Assembly: GCF_058153355.1 (NCBI RefSeq)
Contig: NZ_CM177019.1
DNA length: 64,000 nt
Strand: one strand, 5' to 3'
In this document: positions 10,047 through 20,914 of the stretch, piece after piece
Layout: each line of letters opens with the position of its first letter
How positions within the stretch are numbered: the stretch's first letter is position 1
Translations under genes and position numbers: made by a program
Notes under the pieces: model-generated
Told to the model about the DNA's origin: nothing
Database searches by the model: none
The model's input: the letters and a program-made list of their open reading frames with translations, nothing else

Positions 10047-11744
10047 ATGGAACCAAAAACAAAAAAACAGCGTTCGCTTTATATTCCTTACGCTGGCCCT
10101 GTACTGCTGGAATTTCCGTTGTTGAATAAAGGCAGCGCCTTCAGCATGGAAGAACGCCGTAACTTCAACCTGCTGGGGTTACTGCCGGAAGTGGTCGAAA
10201 CCATCGAAGAACAAGCGGAACGAGCATGGATCCAGTATCAGGGATTCAAAACCGAAATCGACAAACACATCTACCTGCGTAACATCCAGGACACCAACGA
10301 AACCCTCTTCTACCGTCTGGTAAATAATCACCTCGACGAAATGATGCCCGTCATTTATACCCCTACGGTCGGCGCAGCCTGTGAACGTTTTTCTGAGATC
10401 TACCGCCGTTCACGCGGCGTGTTTATCTCTTACCAGAACCGCCACAATATGGACGATATTCTGCAAAACGTACCGAACCATAATATCAAAGTGATTGTGG
10501 TGACGGACGGCGAACGTATTCTGGGGCTTGGTGACTAGGGCATCGGTGGGATGGGTATTCCGATCGGTAAACTGTCGCTCTATACCGCCTGCGGCGGCAT
10601 CAGCCCGGCGTATACACTGCCGGTGGTGCTGGATGTCGGGACGAACAACCAGCAGTTGCTTAACGACCCGCTGTATATGGGCTGGCGTAATCCACGTATC
10701 ACTGACGACGAATACTATGAATTCGTTGATGAATTTATCCAGGCTGTGAAACAACGCTGGCCGGACGTGCTGTTGCAGTTTGAAGATTTTGCACAGAAAA
10801 ACGCGATGCCGTTGCTTAACCGCTATCGCAATGAAATTTGTTCTTTTAACGATGATATTCAGGGCACCGCGGCGGTAACAGTCGGCACACTGATCGCAGC
10901 CAGCCGTGCGGCGGGCGGTCAGTTAAGCGAGAAAAAAATCGTCTTCCTCGGCGCAGGTTCAGCAGGATGCGGCATTGCGGAGATGATCATCGCCCAGACC
11001 CAGCGTGAAGGATTAAGCGAAGAAGCGGCGCGGCAGAAAGTCTTTATGGTCGATCGCTTTGGTCTGCTGACCGACAAGATGCCGAACCTGCTGCCTTTCC
11101 AGACCAAACTGGTGCAGAAGCGCGAAAATCTCAGTGACTGGGATACTGACAGCGATGTGCTGTCATTGCTTGATGTGGTGCGCAATGTCAAACCGGATAT
11201 TCTGATTGGCGTCTCAGGACAGACCGGGCTGTTTACGGAAGAGATCATCCGTGAGATGCACAAACACTGTCCGCGTCCGATCGTGATGCCGCTGTCTAAC
11301 CCGACTTCACGTGTGGAAGCCACACCGCAGGACATTATCGCCTGGACCGAAGGTAACGCGCTGGTCGCCACCGGCAGTCCGTTTAATCCGGTGGTATGGA
11401 AAGATAAAATCTACCCCATCGCCCAGTGTAACAACGCCTTTATTTTCCCGGGCATTGGGCTGGGCGTTATTGCTTCCGGCGCGTCACGTATCACCGATGA
11501 GATGCTGATGTCGGCAAGCGAAACGCTTGCTCAGTATTCGCCGCTGGTACTGAACGGCGAAGGTCTGGTACTGCCGGAACTGAAAGATATTCAGAAAGTG
11601 TCCCGCGCAATTGCGTTTGCGGTTGGCAAAATGGCGCAGCAGCAAGGCGTGGCGGTGAAAACGTCTGCCGAAGCTCTGCAACAGGCCATTGATGATAACT
11701 TCTGGCAAGCCGAATACCGCGACTACCGCCGTACATCCATCTAA
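10047..11744 (+). pseudogene. maeA: NAD-dependent malic enzyme interrupted by an in-frame TAG at 10536-10538
   Basis: Track ORFs 10020..10538 and 10551..11744 are in the same phase and together give 565 codons of malic enzyme; stop sits in the conserved [13 protein letters not shown] motif. Confidence 0.85.
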
Positions 11745-11751
11745 GCCTGCG

Positions 11752-11780
11752 CCCGGTAGTGACTGCTACCGGGCAATTTT
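11752..11780 (+). terminator. Intrinsic terminator after maeA
   Basis: Stem cccggtag / ctaccggg followed by a T-rich tract. Confidence 0.6.
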
Positions 11781-11878
11781 CCTCTTCCTTTTTCAGATCT
11801 CATCCATACTGGGTAGTGGCGAATAAATCTCATTTGCCTCACCTGCTATGCAGAACATCATCCGAAAAGGAGGAAACT

Positions 11879-12889
11879 ATGAAGGCTGCAGTTGTTACGA
11901 AGGATCATCATGTTGACGTTACGGATAAAACACTGCGCTCACTGAAACATGGCGAAGCCCTGCTGAAAATGGAGTGTTGTGGCGTATGTCATACCGATCT
12001 TCATGTTAAGAATGGCGATTTTGGTGATAAAACCGGCGTAATTCTGGGCCATGAAGGCATCGGTGTAGTGGCAGAAGTTGGCCCCGGCGTTACCTCATTA
12101 AAACCAGGCGATCGCGCCAGCGTGGCGTGGTTTTACGAAGGTTGCGGTCATTGCGAATACTGTAACAGCGGCAACGAAACGCTCTGCCGTTCAGTAAAAA
12201 ATGCCGGATACAGCGTTGATGGCGGCATGGCGGAAGAGTGCATCGTGGTCGCCGATTACGCGGTTAAAGTGCCGGATGGCCTGGACTCCGCGGCGGCCAG
12301 CAGCATTACCTGCGCGGGTGTCACCACCTACAAAGCAGTAAAACTGTCAAAAATTCGTCCAGGACAGTGGATTGCTATCTACGGTCTTGGCGGTTTGGGC
12401 AACCTCGCCCTGCAATACGCGAAAAATGTCTTTAATGCCAAAGTGATCGCCATTGATGTCAATGATGAGCAGTTGAAACTGGCAACCGAAATGGGTGCTG
12501 ATTTAGCGATTAACTCACGCACCGAAGACGCCGCCAAAATTGTGCAGGAGAAAACCGGTGGCGCTCACGCAGCGGTGGTGACCGCGGTAGCTAAAGCTGC
12601 GTTTAACTCAGCGGTCGATGCCGTTCGTGCAGGCGGTCGTGTTGTGGCTGTCGGTCTGCCGCCGGAGTCTATGAGCCTGGACATCCCACGGCTGGTGCTG
12701 GATGGTATTGAAGTGGTCGGTTCGCTGGTCGGCACGCGCCAGGATCTAACCGAAGCCTTCCAGTTTGCCGCCGAAGGTAAAGTGGTGCCAAAAGTTGCCC
12801 TGCGTCCGTTAGCGGACATCAACACCATCTTTACTGAGATGGAAGAAGGCAAAATCCGTGGCCGTATGGTGATTGATTTCCGTCGCTAA
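11879..12889 (+). CDS. adhP: Zn-dependent alcohol dehydrogenase, propanol-preferring
   Basis: 336 aa from ATG 11879 preceded by [23 protein letters not shown].. with GHEGIG and CGHCEYC zinc motifs. Confidence 0.9.
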   Translation: MKAAVVTKDHHVDVTDKTLRSLKHGEALLKMECCGVCHTDLHVKNGDFGDKTGVILGHEGIGVVAEVGPGVTSLKPGDRASVAWFYEGCGHCEYCNSGNETLCRSVKNAGYSVDGGMAEECIVVADYAVKVPDGLDSAAASSITCAGVTTYKAVKLSKIRPGQWIAIYGLGGLGNLALQYAKNVFNAKVIAIDVNDEQLKLATEMGADLAINSRTEDAAKIVQEKTGGAHAAVVTAVAKAAFNSAVDAVRAGGRVVAVGLPPESMSLDIPRLVLDGIEVVGSLVGTRQDLTEAFQFAAEGKVVPKVALRPLADINTIFTEMEEGKIRGRMVIDFRR

Positions 12890-12898
12890 GAGGCCTTT

Positions 12899-12933
12899 GC
12901 TGCGACTGCCATGTTTGAGTCGCAGCCTGTTTT
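12899..12933 (+). terminator. Intrinsic terminator after adhP
   Basis: Stem gctgcgact / agtcgcagc followed by ctgtttt. Confidence 0.6.
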
Positions 12934-13028
12934 GCGAGACGCTTTCCGCAATTTCACTCTTCTTCTTTTCCTCCCCCATCTTTCCTCTCACAATTCACGA
13001 AAACGTAGCGAAATTTGTTGCGCTGCAC

Positions 13029-13062
13029 GGAACAATAGTGATAGTGTTCCTTTCGAAGGAAC
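13029..13062 (+). promoter_or_regulatory. Candidate operator: GGAACA-(ATAGTG)x2-TGTTCC plus a third GGAACA, upstream of the toxin-antitoxin pair
   Basis: Inverted 6-bp arms flanking a tandem hexamer, 13-46 bp upstream of the toxin ATG. Confidence 0.3.
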
Positions 13063-13074
13063 AAGGATGAAGAG

Positions 13075-13353
13075 ATGATAATGAATTTCAGACACAAGGG
13101 ATTGCGTGACTTGTTTCTTCTCGGCAAAACCTCCGGCGTTATACCGACGCAAATCAAACGATTACGCCACCGACTCGCTGTGATTGATGCAGCAAGCTGT
13201 CTTGCTGATATCGATATGCCCGGTTACCGACTACACCCGTTAAGCGGCGATCGCGATGGAATTTGGGCGATATCTGTCTCGGGCAACTGGCGAATCACAT
13301 TTGAATTCGTCAATGGCGATGCATACATACTGGATTACGAGGACTATCACTGA
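13075..13353 (+). CDS. HigB-like type II toxin (RelE/ParE superfamily, plasmid-killer type)
   Basis: 92-aa [25 protein letters not shown], recalled as close to Rts1 HigB in length and motif spacing; 1-nt overlap (TGATG) with the downstream antitoxin. Confidence 0.7.
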
Positions 13354-13637
13354 TGAAAATGGCCAATCATCCCCGCCCGGGGGACATTATTCAGGAATCA
13401 CTGGACGAGCTGAACGTCAGCCTGCGCGAGTTTGCCAGAGCAATGGAAATTGCGCCCTCAACGGCAAGCCGATTGCTGACCGGAAAAGCGGCATTGACGC
13501 CAGAAATGGCAATTAAACTTTCCGTGGTGATCGGCAGTTCGCCGCAAATGTGGCTGAATCTGCAAAACGCCTGGAGTCTGGCAGAGGCAGAAAAAACGGT
13601 AGATGTGTCGCGACTACGCCGTCTGGTTACGCAATAA
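13353..13637 (+). CDS. yddM: HigA-like XRE-family HTH antitoxin
   Basis: 94-aa ORF with HTH ([27 protein letters not shown]); position between adhP and fdnI matches K-12 yddM. Confidence 0.8.
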
Positions 13638-13640
13638 AAA

Positions 13641-13664
13641 AATGGCGCCTTTTACAGCGCCATT
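13641..13664. terminator. Bidirectional intrinsic terminator between yddM (+) and fdnI (-)
   Basis: Stem aatggcgc / gcgccatt flanked by A7 upstream and TTT downstream. Confidence 0.65.
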
Positions 13665-13687
13665 TTCAGCTTAAAGTTCAAAAGAGA

Positions 13688-14341
13688 TTATATCCCTTCT
13701 TCACTCTCTTTTTTCGCTTCTGCCTTTTCGATTTCACGATACCAGCGTGGATGGTGTTTCTTCGCCCAACGACGGCTCACCTTCCCTTCGATCATCCCTT
13801 TAATCGACCCTTTCACCCAGAATGCCATATACATATGGATCAGGATGGCGTGGATCAGGATGATACCCGCAGCCGCGTGAATAAACAGGCTATAACGGAC
13901 AACCTGTATCGGGAAGTACTGCGCAAAGTACGGACGCCAGATAATCACCCCGGTCACCAGCAGCACGAAAATCATGCTCATGATCGACCAGAACATCATC
14001 TTTTGCCCGGCGTTGTACTTACCAACATCCGCCACTTTGTGTTCATTGCCTTTTAATACTTCGACAATGTTCAACAGCCACGGAATATCTTTCTTATCCG
14101 GGATGTTGTGATGCACAAAACGCACAAACATAAACATCAGCGCGACGAAAATCGCAATGCCGAAGAACGGGTGCAAAATGCGTCCCATCTGCGGCGTACC
14201 GAAGGTTTGTGTCAGCCATTGCAGCGTCGGGAAGAAGAACGAAATCCCGGACAGCGCTACCAGGAAGAAGCAAATCACCACGGTCCAGTGACAGGCGCGA
14301 TCAATAAACTTGGTGCGCACAATCATTTTCGACTTACTCAT
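13688..14341 (-). CDS. fdnI: Formate dehydrogenase-N gamma subunit (cytochrome b556)
   Basis: 217 aa from [19 protein letters not shown]..; membrane cytochrome b. Confidence 0.9.
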   Translation of the reverse strand: MSKSKMIVRTKFIDRACHWTVVICFFLVALSGISFFFPTLQWLTQTFGTPQMGRILHPFFGIAIFVALMFMFVRFVHHNIPDKKDIPWLLNIVEVLKGNEHKVADVGKYNAGQKMMFWSIMSMIFVLLVTGVIIWRPYFAQYFPIQVVRYSLFIHAAAGIILIHAILIHMYMAFWVKGSIKGMIEGKVSRRWAKKHHPRWYREIEKAEAKKESEEGI

Positions 14342-15218
14342 GATGATCCTCCTCGTCATCGTCCACTTCCTTATTCGGGCCAATACCGATGTAGTGGAAA
14401 ATTAACCCGGCAAAAGTGGCGATAAAGCCAGCCGCTGCCAGCGGTTTCAACGCGCCTTTCCACAGATTTACCGATGTATCGATCTTCGGATCTTTCGGCA
14501 GACCGTGATACAGCTCCGGCTGATCGGCGTGATGCAGCACGTACATGACGTGCGTACCACCGACCCCTTCCGGGTTGTAGACGCCAGCATGTTCGTAACC
14601 ACGCGCTTTCAGTTTCGCCACGCGCTGTTCCGCCAGCTCCAGCATCTCCTTCTTGGTGCCGAAGTGGATAGCCCCGGTCGGACAAGTTTTCACACAAGCC
14701 GGTTCCTGACCAACGCTGACGCGATCGACGCAGAGTGTGCATTTATATACCCGGTTATCCTCTTTGTTGAGGCGTGGAATATTAAACGGACACCCGGCAA
14801 TGCAGTAACCACAGCCGATGCAGTTTTCCGACTGGAAATCGACAATCCCGTTAGCGTACTGAATGATTGCACCAGCAGACGGGCACGCCTTCAGGCAGCC
14901 CGGATCTTCACAGTGCATACAACCGTCTTTACGGATCAGCCACTCCAGCTTGCCGTTCTGTTCGGTTTCGCTAAAGCGCATCACCGTCCAGGACTTGGCG
15001 CTCAGATCGGCGGGGTTATCATAAACCCCGACGCAGTGCCCCACTTCATCACGGATATCGTTCCACTCCGAACACGCCACCTGACAGGCTTTACAGCCGA
15101 TACAGGTGGAAACGTCGATAAGTTTCGCGACTTCTGCTTTGTAATCACGCACCTGAGAAGGCGGCGTGATGGAGTTAGTTGCGGACCTTTTGATAATGTC
15201 CTGCGTTTCCATAGCCAT
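14334..15218 (-). CDS. fdnH: Formate dehydrogenase-N beta subunit (4x[4Fe-4S])
   Basis: 294 aa with multiple CxxCxxCxxxCP ferredoxin motifs; 8-nt overlap with fdnI. Confidence 0.9.
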   Translation of the reverse strand: MAMETQDIIKRSATNSITPPSQVRDYKAEVAKLIDVSTCIGCKACQVACSEWNDIRDEVGHCVGVYDNPADLSAKSWTVMRFSETEQNGKLEWLIRKDGCMHCEDPGCLKACPSAGAIIQYANGIVDFQSENCIGCGYCIAGCPFNIPRLNKEDNRVYKCTLCVDRVSVGQEPACVKTCPTGAIHFGTKKEMLELAEQRVAKLKARGYEHAGVYNPEGVGGTHVMYVLHHADQPELYHGLPKDPKIDTSVNLWKGALKPLAAAGFIATFAGLIFHYIGIGPNKEVDDDEEDHHE

Positions 15219-15230
15219 CTGTTCGCCCCC

Positions 15231-18200
15231 TTACGCCTTCTCGATGTTGACTAAGAACGCTTTATATTCCGGCGTTTGCGAGTTTGCATCACCGACATTC
15301 GGCGTCAGAGTGTTAGCGATATAACCTTTACGCGCGACACCCTCAAAGCCCCAGTGGATTGGAATACCCACCGTTTCAACCTGCTGACCGTTTACATTCA
15401 GCGGTTTCAGACGGCGCGTTACCACAGCCACCGCGCGGATAAAGCCACGCTTGCTGGAGACAGTGACACGATCGCCATTGGCAATGCCTTTCGCCGCCGC
15501 CAGCGTTTCACTGATTTCCACAAACTGTTCCGGCTGAGCAATTGCGTTGAGCAACGCGTGCTTGGTCCAGGTGTGGAAGTGCTCGGTCAGACGATAGGTC
15601 GTACCCACATACGGGAACTGCTCTTTTTTACCCATCCGCAGCGCGTCTTGTTCATACAGACGAACAACCGGGTTAGACACCACGTTCGGATGCAGCGGGT
15701 TAGTGCCCAGCGGCGTTTCAATTGGCTCGTAGTGTTCCGGGAACGGACCTTCCGCCATTTTGTTGATGGCAAACAGGCGTCCCATCCCTTCCGGCTGCAT
15801 GATAAACGGCCCGGTTGGCGTACCCGGTGCGGCATTGCCGAAGTCCGGAATATCGTTACCCGTCCACTTGCTGCCGTTCCACTGGATCAGCATCCGTTTC
15901 GGATCCCACGGTTTACCGTTGATATCCGCCGAAGCACGGTTGTACAGCACGCGACGGTTGAGCGGCCACGCCCAGGCCCATCCCAGCGTATTCCCCAGAC
16001 CGGACGGGTCGGAGTTATCGCGGTTGGCCATCTGGTTGCCCTGCTCTGTCCAGCTACCGGTGTAGATCCAGCAAGAAGATGCGGTTGTACCGTCATCACG
16101 CAGATGCGCAAAGCTACTCAGCAACTGACCTTTTTTCGCAATCAGCACGCCATTAGCGTCATAGAGATCTTCCAGCGCATAGCCGTTGTTCTCTTTTGCC
16201 ACTTCGTCTGACTGCGGCTCGTGCGGCTGCTTGTAGTTCCAGCTCATCTTCATCAGCGGTTCTACACCTTTACCACCTTCGGCTTTGTACAACTCGCGAA
16301 GATGATGGTAGATACCCGCCAGAATTTCGCCGTCGTTACGTGCTTCGCCTGGCGCGTCCTGACCTTTCCAGTGCCACTGCAACCAGCGACCGGAGTTAGC
16401 GATAGAACCATCTTCTTCAGCAAAGCAGGTCGAAGGCAGACGGAATACCTCTGTCTGAATAGACGCCGGATCGACATCGTTCGACTCGCCGTGGTTCTGC
16501 CAGAAAGTAGAGGTTTCAGTCACCAGCGGATCGATAACCACCATGTACTTCAGCTTGCTCAGGCAGCTCACCACTTTGTTTTTGTCCGGGAAGGACGCAA
16601 CCGGGTTAAAGCCCTGGCAGAAATAACCTGTGACTTTGCCTTCATCCATCATGTTGAAATACTTGATGACGTCGTAGGTCTGGTCCCACTTCGGCAGCCA
16701 GTCATAGCCCCAGTTGTTCTCTTTCTGCGCGGCATCGCCGTAGAAAGATTTCATCAGGCTAACGAAGAACTTCGGATAGTTGCTCCAGTAGTTCACCTGA
16801 TCAGCCAGCGTCGCTTTCGGCGTGTTCGCTTCCAGATACGACTGCAAATCAACCTGTTTTTCTGACGGCAGCGTCAGATAACCCGGCAGGCTGGTAGAGA
16901 GCAGGCCTAAGTCGGTCAGGCCCTGAATGTTAGAGTGACCACGCAATGCGTTCACGCCGCCACCAGCCATACCCATGTTACCGAGCAGCAACTGGATCAT
17001 CGCCATAGTACGGATGTTCTGCGCACCCACGGTGTGTTGGGTCCAGCCCAGCGCGTACAGGAAGGTGGTGGTGCGATCCGGCGCGCTGGTGGAGGCCAGC
17101 ACTTCACACACTTTCAGGAAGTCGGCTTTTGGTGTACCGCAGATGTTTTCAACAACGTCCGGCGTGTAGCGGGAAACGTGTGCTTTCAGCAGGTTCCACA
17201 CACAGCGCGGATGAGTCAGTGTTTCATCGCGTTTCGCATAGCCGTTTTCATCGAACTGATAGTTCCAGGACGATTTATCGTATTGCCGTTTTTCAGCGTC
17301 ATAACCGCTGAACAGGCCGTCTTCAAAAGTAAAATCATCACGCACCAGCAAGCTGGCGTTGGTGTAATGCTTAACGTATTCGGCATTGATTTTGTTGTTT
17401 TCGATCAGGTAGCGCAAAACGCCAGACAGGAACGTAATGTCCGTACCGGAACGAATAGGTGCGTAGATATCCGCCACAGAAGCGGTACGCGTAAAACGGG
17501 GATCGACAACGATCAAGGTTGCATCGTTGTTGTTTTTCGCTTCCATCGCCCAGCGAAAACCGACGGGATGCGCTTCAGCAGCGTTACCGCCCATCACCAT
17601 TACGACGTTAGCGTTTTTGATATCCACCCAGTGGTTGGTCATCGCACCGCGACCAAATGTTGGAGCAAGACTTGCTACCGTTGGTCCGTGTCAGACGCGC
17701 GCCTGGTTGTCTACCGCCAGCATCCCGAGGGAGCGGGCAAATTTCTGTGTCAGCATCCCGGTTTCGTTGCTGGCACCGGAAGCACACAGCATACCGGTAG
17801 AAAGCCAACGGTTTACCGTTACGCCCTGCTCATTCTTTTCAATAAAGTTAGCGTCACGGTCTGCCTTCATCAGCTTCGCAATGCGGGAGAATGCTTCTTC
17901 CCAGCTAATGCGCTGCCATTTGTCAGAACCTGGCGCACGATATTCCGGGTAGCGCAGACGGTTTTCGCTGTTGACGTAATCCAGCAATCCGGCCCCTTTC
18001 GGGCACAGCGCACCACGGCTTACCGGATGATCCGGGTCACCTTCAATGTGATAAATCGCTTCTCTGGCGTTTTTCGCGCCATCACCCAGGCTATACATCA
18101 ATAGCCCGCAACCTACGGAACAGTATGTACAAGTGTTACGGATCTCTTTCGCGCGTAATAATTTGTAGTTTCGCGCCTGAGCCAGTGCTTGCTTCGGGGC

Positions 18201-18278
18201 AAAACCCAATGCCGCGACTGTTGTTCCCGCCATACCGCCCGCGCAGATTTTAAAAAATTGTCTGCGACTGACGTCCAT
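15231..18278 (-). CDS. fdnG: Formate dehydrogenase-N alpha subunit, selenoprotein with in-frame UGA (Sec) at 17691-17693
   Basis: Two same-phase track ORFs (17691..18278 and 15231..17642) separated by TGA; Tat signal MDVSRRQFFKICAGG; 1016 codons in total. Confidence 0.9.
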
Positions 18279-18342
18279 TGCTTTCCTCTTTTTTCAGGGG
18301 TATTACTGCGCGAGGAAACTAACAGTAAAATTCTGAATCTTT

Positions 18343-18356
18343 TTGCGCGAAATCAA
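18343..18356. promoter_or_regulatory. Candidate FNR site (TTGAT-N4-CGCAA on the fdnG strand) in the fdnG promoter
   Basis: Reverse complement reads ttgatttcgcgcaa, about 65-78 bp upstream of the fdnG start. Confidence 0.45.
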
Positions 18357-18509
18357 AAAGAACAGCTGTTTGCCACAAAATAATCCGCCTGCGCAAATTG
18401 ACCTACCTCAATAGCGGTAGAAAAACGCACCACTGCCTGACAGGCCAGTTAAAAAAATGCTATAAAATTCAGCTTAATTTTTAACGGCAAGAGAGAGAAA
18501 ACAGCGAGC

Positions 18510-19391
18510 ATGACACGACAAAAAGCAACGCTCATAGGGCTAATAGCGATCGTCCTGTGGAGCACGATGGTAGGATTGATTCGCGGTGTCAGTGAGGGGC
18601 TCGGTCCGGTCGGCGGCGCAGCTGCTATCTATTCATTAAGCGGGCTGCTGTTAATCTTCACGGTTGGATTTCCGCGTATTCGGCAGATCCCGAAAGGCTA
18701 TTTACTCGCCGGGAGTCTGTTATTCGTCAGCTATGAAATCTGTCTGGCACTTTCCTTAGGTTATGCAGCGACCCGTCATCAGGCAATTGAAGTGGGTATG
18801 GTGAACTATCTATGGCCCAGCCTGACAATTCTCTTTGCCATTCTGTTTAATGGTCAGAAAACCAACTGGCTGATTGTACCTGGATTATTATTAGCCCTGG
18901 TCGGTGTCTGCTGGGTGTTAGGCGGTGACAATGGGTTACACTATGATGAAATCATCAATAATATTACCACCAGTCCATTGAGTTATTTCCTGGCGTTCAT
19001 TGGCGCTTTTATCTGGGCAGCTTATTGTACAGTAACGAATAAATACGCACGCGGATTTAATGGAATAACCGTTTTTGTCCTGCTAACGGGAGCAAGTCTG
19101 TGGGTTTACTATTTTCTCACGCCACAACCAGAAATGGTATTTAGCACACCCGTCATGATTAAACTCATCTCTGCGGCATTTACCTTAGGATTTGCTTACG
19201 CTGCGTGGAACGTTGGCATTTTACATGGCAACGTCACCATTATGGCAGTAGGTTCGTATTTTACGCCCGTACTTTCGTCGGCGCTTGCTGCGGTACTGCT
19301 TAGTGCTCCCCTATCGTTCTCATTCTGGCAAGGCGCACTGATGGTCTGCGGCGGTTCCCTGCTCTGCTGGCTGGCGACACATCGTGGATAA
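18510..19391 (+). CDS. yddG: EamA/DMT-family aromatic amino acid exporter
   Basis: 293-aa ten-helix membrane ORF in the conserved position next to fdnG. Confidence 0.85.
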   Translation: MTRQKATLIGLIAIVLWSTMVGLIRGVSEGLGPVGGAAAIYSLSGLLLIFTVGFPRIRQIPKGYLLAGSLLFVSYEICLALSLGYAATRHQAIEVGMVNYLWPSLTILFAILFNGQKTNWLIVPGLLLALVGVCWVLGGDNGLHYDEIINNITTSPLSYFLAFIGAFIWAAYCTVTNKYARGFNGITVFVLLTGASLWVYYFLTPQPEMVFSTPVMIKLISAAFTLGFAYAAWNVGILHGNVTIMAVGSYFTPVLSSALAAVLLSAPLSFSFWQGALMVCGGSLLCWLATHRG

Positions 19392-19650
19392 AATTATTGT
19401 CGGGTCATAGCACCCGGCAGTTAACCCGCTAAATTACGACAATAATAAAAAATAAATTTCAAATACCAGTAATTCACCTTATATCTCATTTCGACTTCGA
19501 TCACATATCGACAAATAATATTATTTCATCTAGTATTCTCATTGTTTTTAATCACCATTCTATTTTAAAAACAGTATGTCATTTGTAAATGACGCCGTTT
19601 AAAATTCGTTTAGAAAATAGGTTTAACGATAATTAAAAGGATACTGTTAA

Positions 19651-20751
19651 ATGAAATTAAAAATAGTTGCGGTGGTTGTAACTGGTTTGTTAGCTGCGAA
19701 CGTAGCACATGCTGCCGAAGTATATAACAAGGATGGTAATAAACTCGACCTTTATGGCAAGGTTACCGCTCTACGTTATTTTACTGATGATAAGCGTGAC
19801 GATGGTGATAAAACTTATGCCCGTCTCGGTTTTAAAGGAGAAACGCAAATCAATGATCAAATGATTGGTTTTGGTCACTGGGAATATGATTTTAAAGGCT
19901 ATAACGATGAAGCCAACGGCTCGCGCGGCAACAAAACCCGCCTTGCCTATGCAGGTTTAAAAATTAGTGAATTTGGCTCTCTGGACTATGGTCGTAACTA
20001 CGGTGTCGGTTATGACATTGGTTCATGGACCGATATGTTGCCAGAATTTGGTGGCGATACCTGGAGCCAGAAAGATGTCTTCATGACATATCGTACCACT
20101 GGTGTGGCAACCTATCGCAACTACGATTTCTTTGGCTTAATTGAAGGGCTGAACTTTGCCGCACAATATCAAGGCAAAAATGAACGCTCTGATAACGCTC
20201 ATCTTTATGGTGCTGACTATACGCGTGCCAATGGTGACGGTTTCGGTATCTCCTCAACTTATGTTTATGATGGCTTTGGGATCGGTGCTGTGTATACCAA
20301 ATCTGATCGGACAAATGCGCAGGAAAGAGCAGCGGCTAATCCTCTCAATGCCTCCGGTAAGAATGCAGAACTGTGGGCAACAGGTATAAAATATGATGCC
20401 AACAACATTTACTTTGCAGCTAATTACGCTGAAACATTAAACATGACCACCTATGGTGATGGTTATATCTCTAACAAAGCACAAAGTTTCGAAGTGGTGG
20501 CCCAATATCAATTCGACTTCGGCTTGCGCCCATCACTCGCTTACCTGAAATCAAAAGGCAGAGATCTGGGGCGTTACGGCGATCAGGACATGATTGAGTA
20601 TATCGACGTTGGTGCAACGTATTTCTTCAACAAAAATATGTCGACCTATGTTGATTATAAAATCAACCTGATCGATGAAAGCGACTTTACCCGTGCCGTA
20701 GATATTCGCACCGATAACATCGTCGCAACGGGCATTACCTATCAGTTCTAA
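19651..20751 (+). CDS. General diffusion porin, OmpC/OmpF/OmpN family, apparently intact
   Basis: 366 aa with signal peptide ending [19 protein letters not shown] and C-terminal ..[11 protein letters not shown]; at the locus where K-12 has only the porin-related yddL. Confidence 0.8.
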   Translation: MKLKIVAVVVTGLLAANVAHAAEVYNKDGNKLDLYGKVTALRYFTDDKRDDGDKTYARLGFKGETQINDQMIGFGHWEYDFKGYNDEANGSRGNKTRLAYAGLKISEFGSLDYGRNYGVGYDIGSWTDMLPEFGGDTWSQKDVFMTYRTTGVATYRNYDFFGLIEGLNFAAQYQGKNERSDNAHLYGADYTRANGDGFGISSTYVYDGFGIGAVYTKSDRTNAQERAAANPLNASGKNAELWATGIKYDANNIYFAANYAETLNMTTYGDGYISNKAQSFEVVAQYQFDFGLRPSLAYLKSKGRDLGRYGDQDMIEYIDVGATYFFNKNMSTYVDYKINLIDESDFTRAVDIRTDNIVATGITYQF

Positions 20752-20914
20752 CATCCTCTCCTGACCAGCCCTTCTCTGGGCTGGTTTTTGATTTAAGTGC
20801 TGCTGTATGACTCCTTAAGTAAAAATGAGCAATTTTTGATATTTCTGGTCATTCACCTCAATTAATATTCTTCCATACCCTCCGGGGACATCTTAGTATA
20901 ATATTTATTGATGA

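Noticed and set aside
12873..13070. 65-aa ORF between adhP and the HigB-like gene
   Set aside because: Spans the adhP terminator and the candidate operator; no RBS; hydrophobic low-complexity translation.
17691..17693. Apparent premature stop splitting fdnG
   Set aside because: This is the known selenocysteine UGA of formate dehydrogenase-N alpha, not a pseudogene lesion.
16935..18104. 389-aa ORF on the plus strand
   Set aside because: Lies entirely antisense to fdnG; no RBS and no recognisable domain. Long antisense frames are expected opposite GC-rich, codon-biased genes. The same applies to 16221..16865, 26579..27253, 29765..30322, 31098..31649, 41164..41784, 52786..53427 and 57173..57913.
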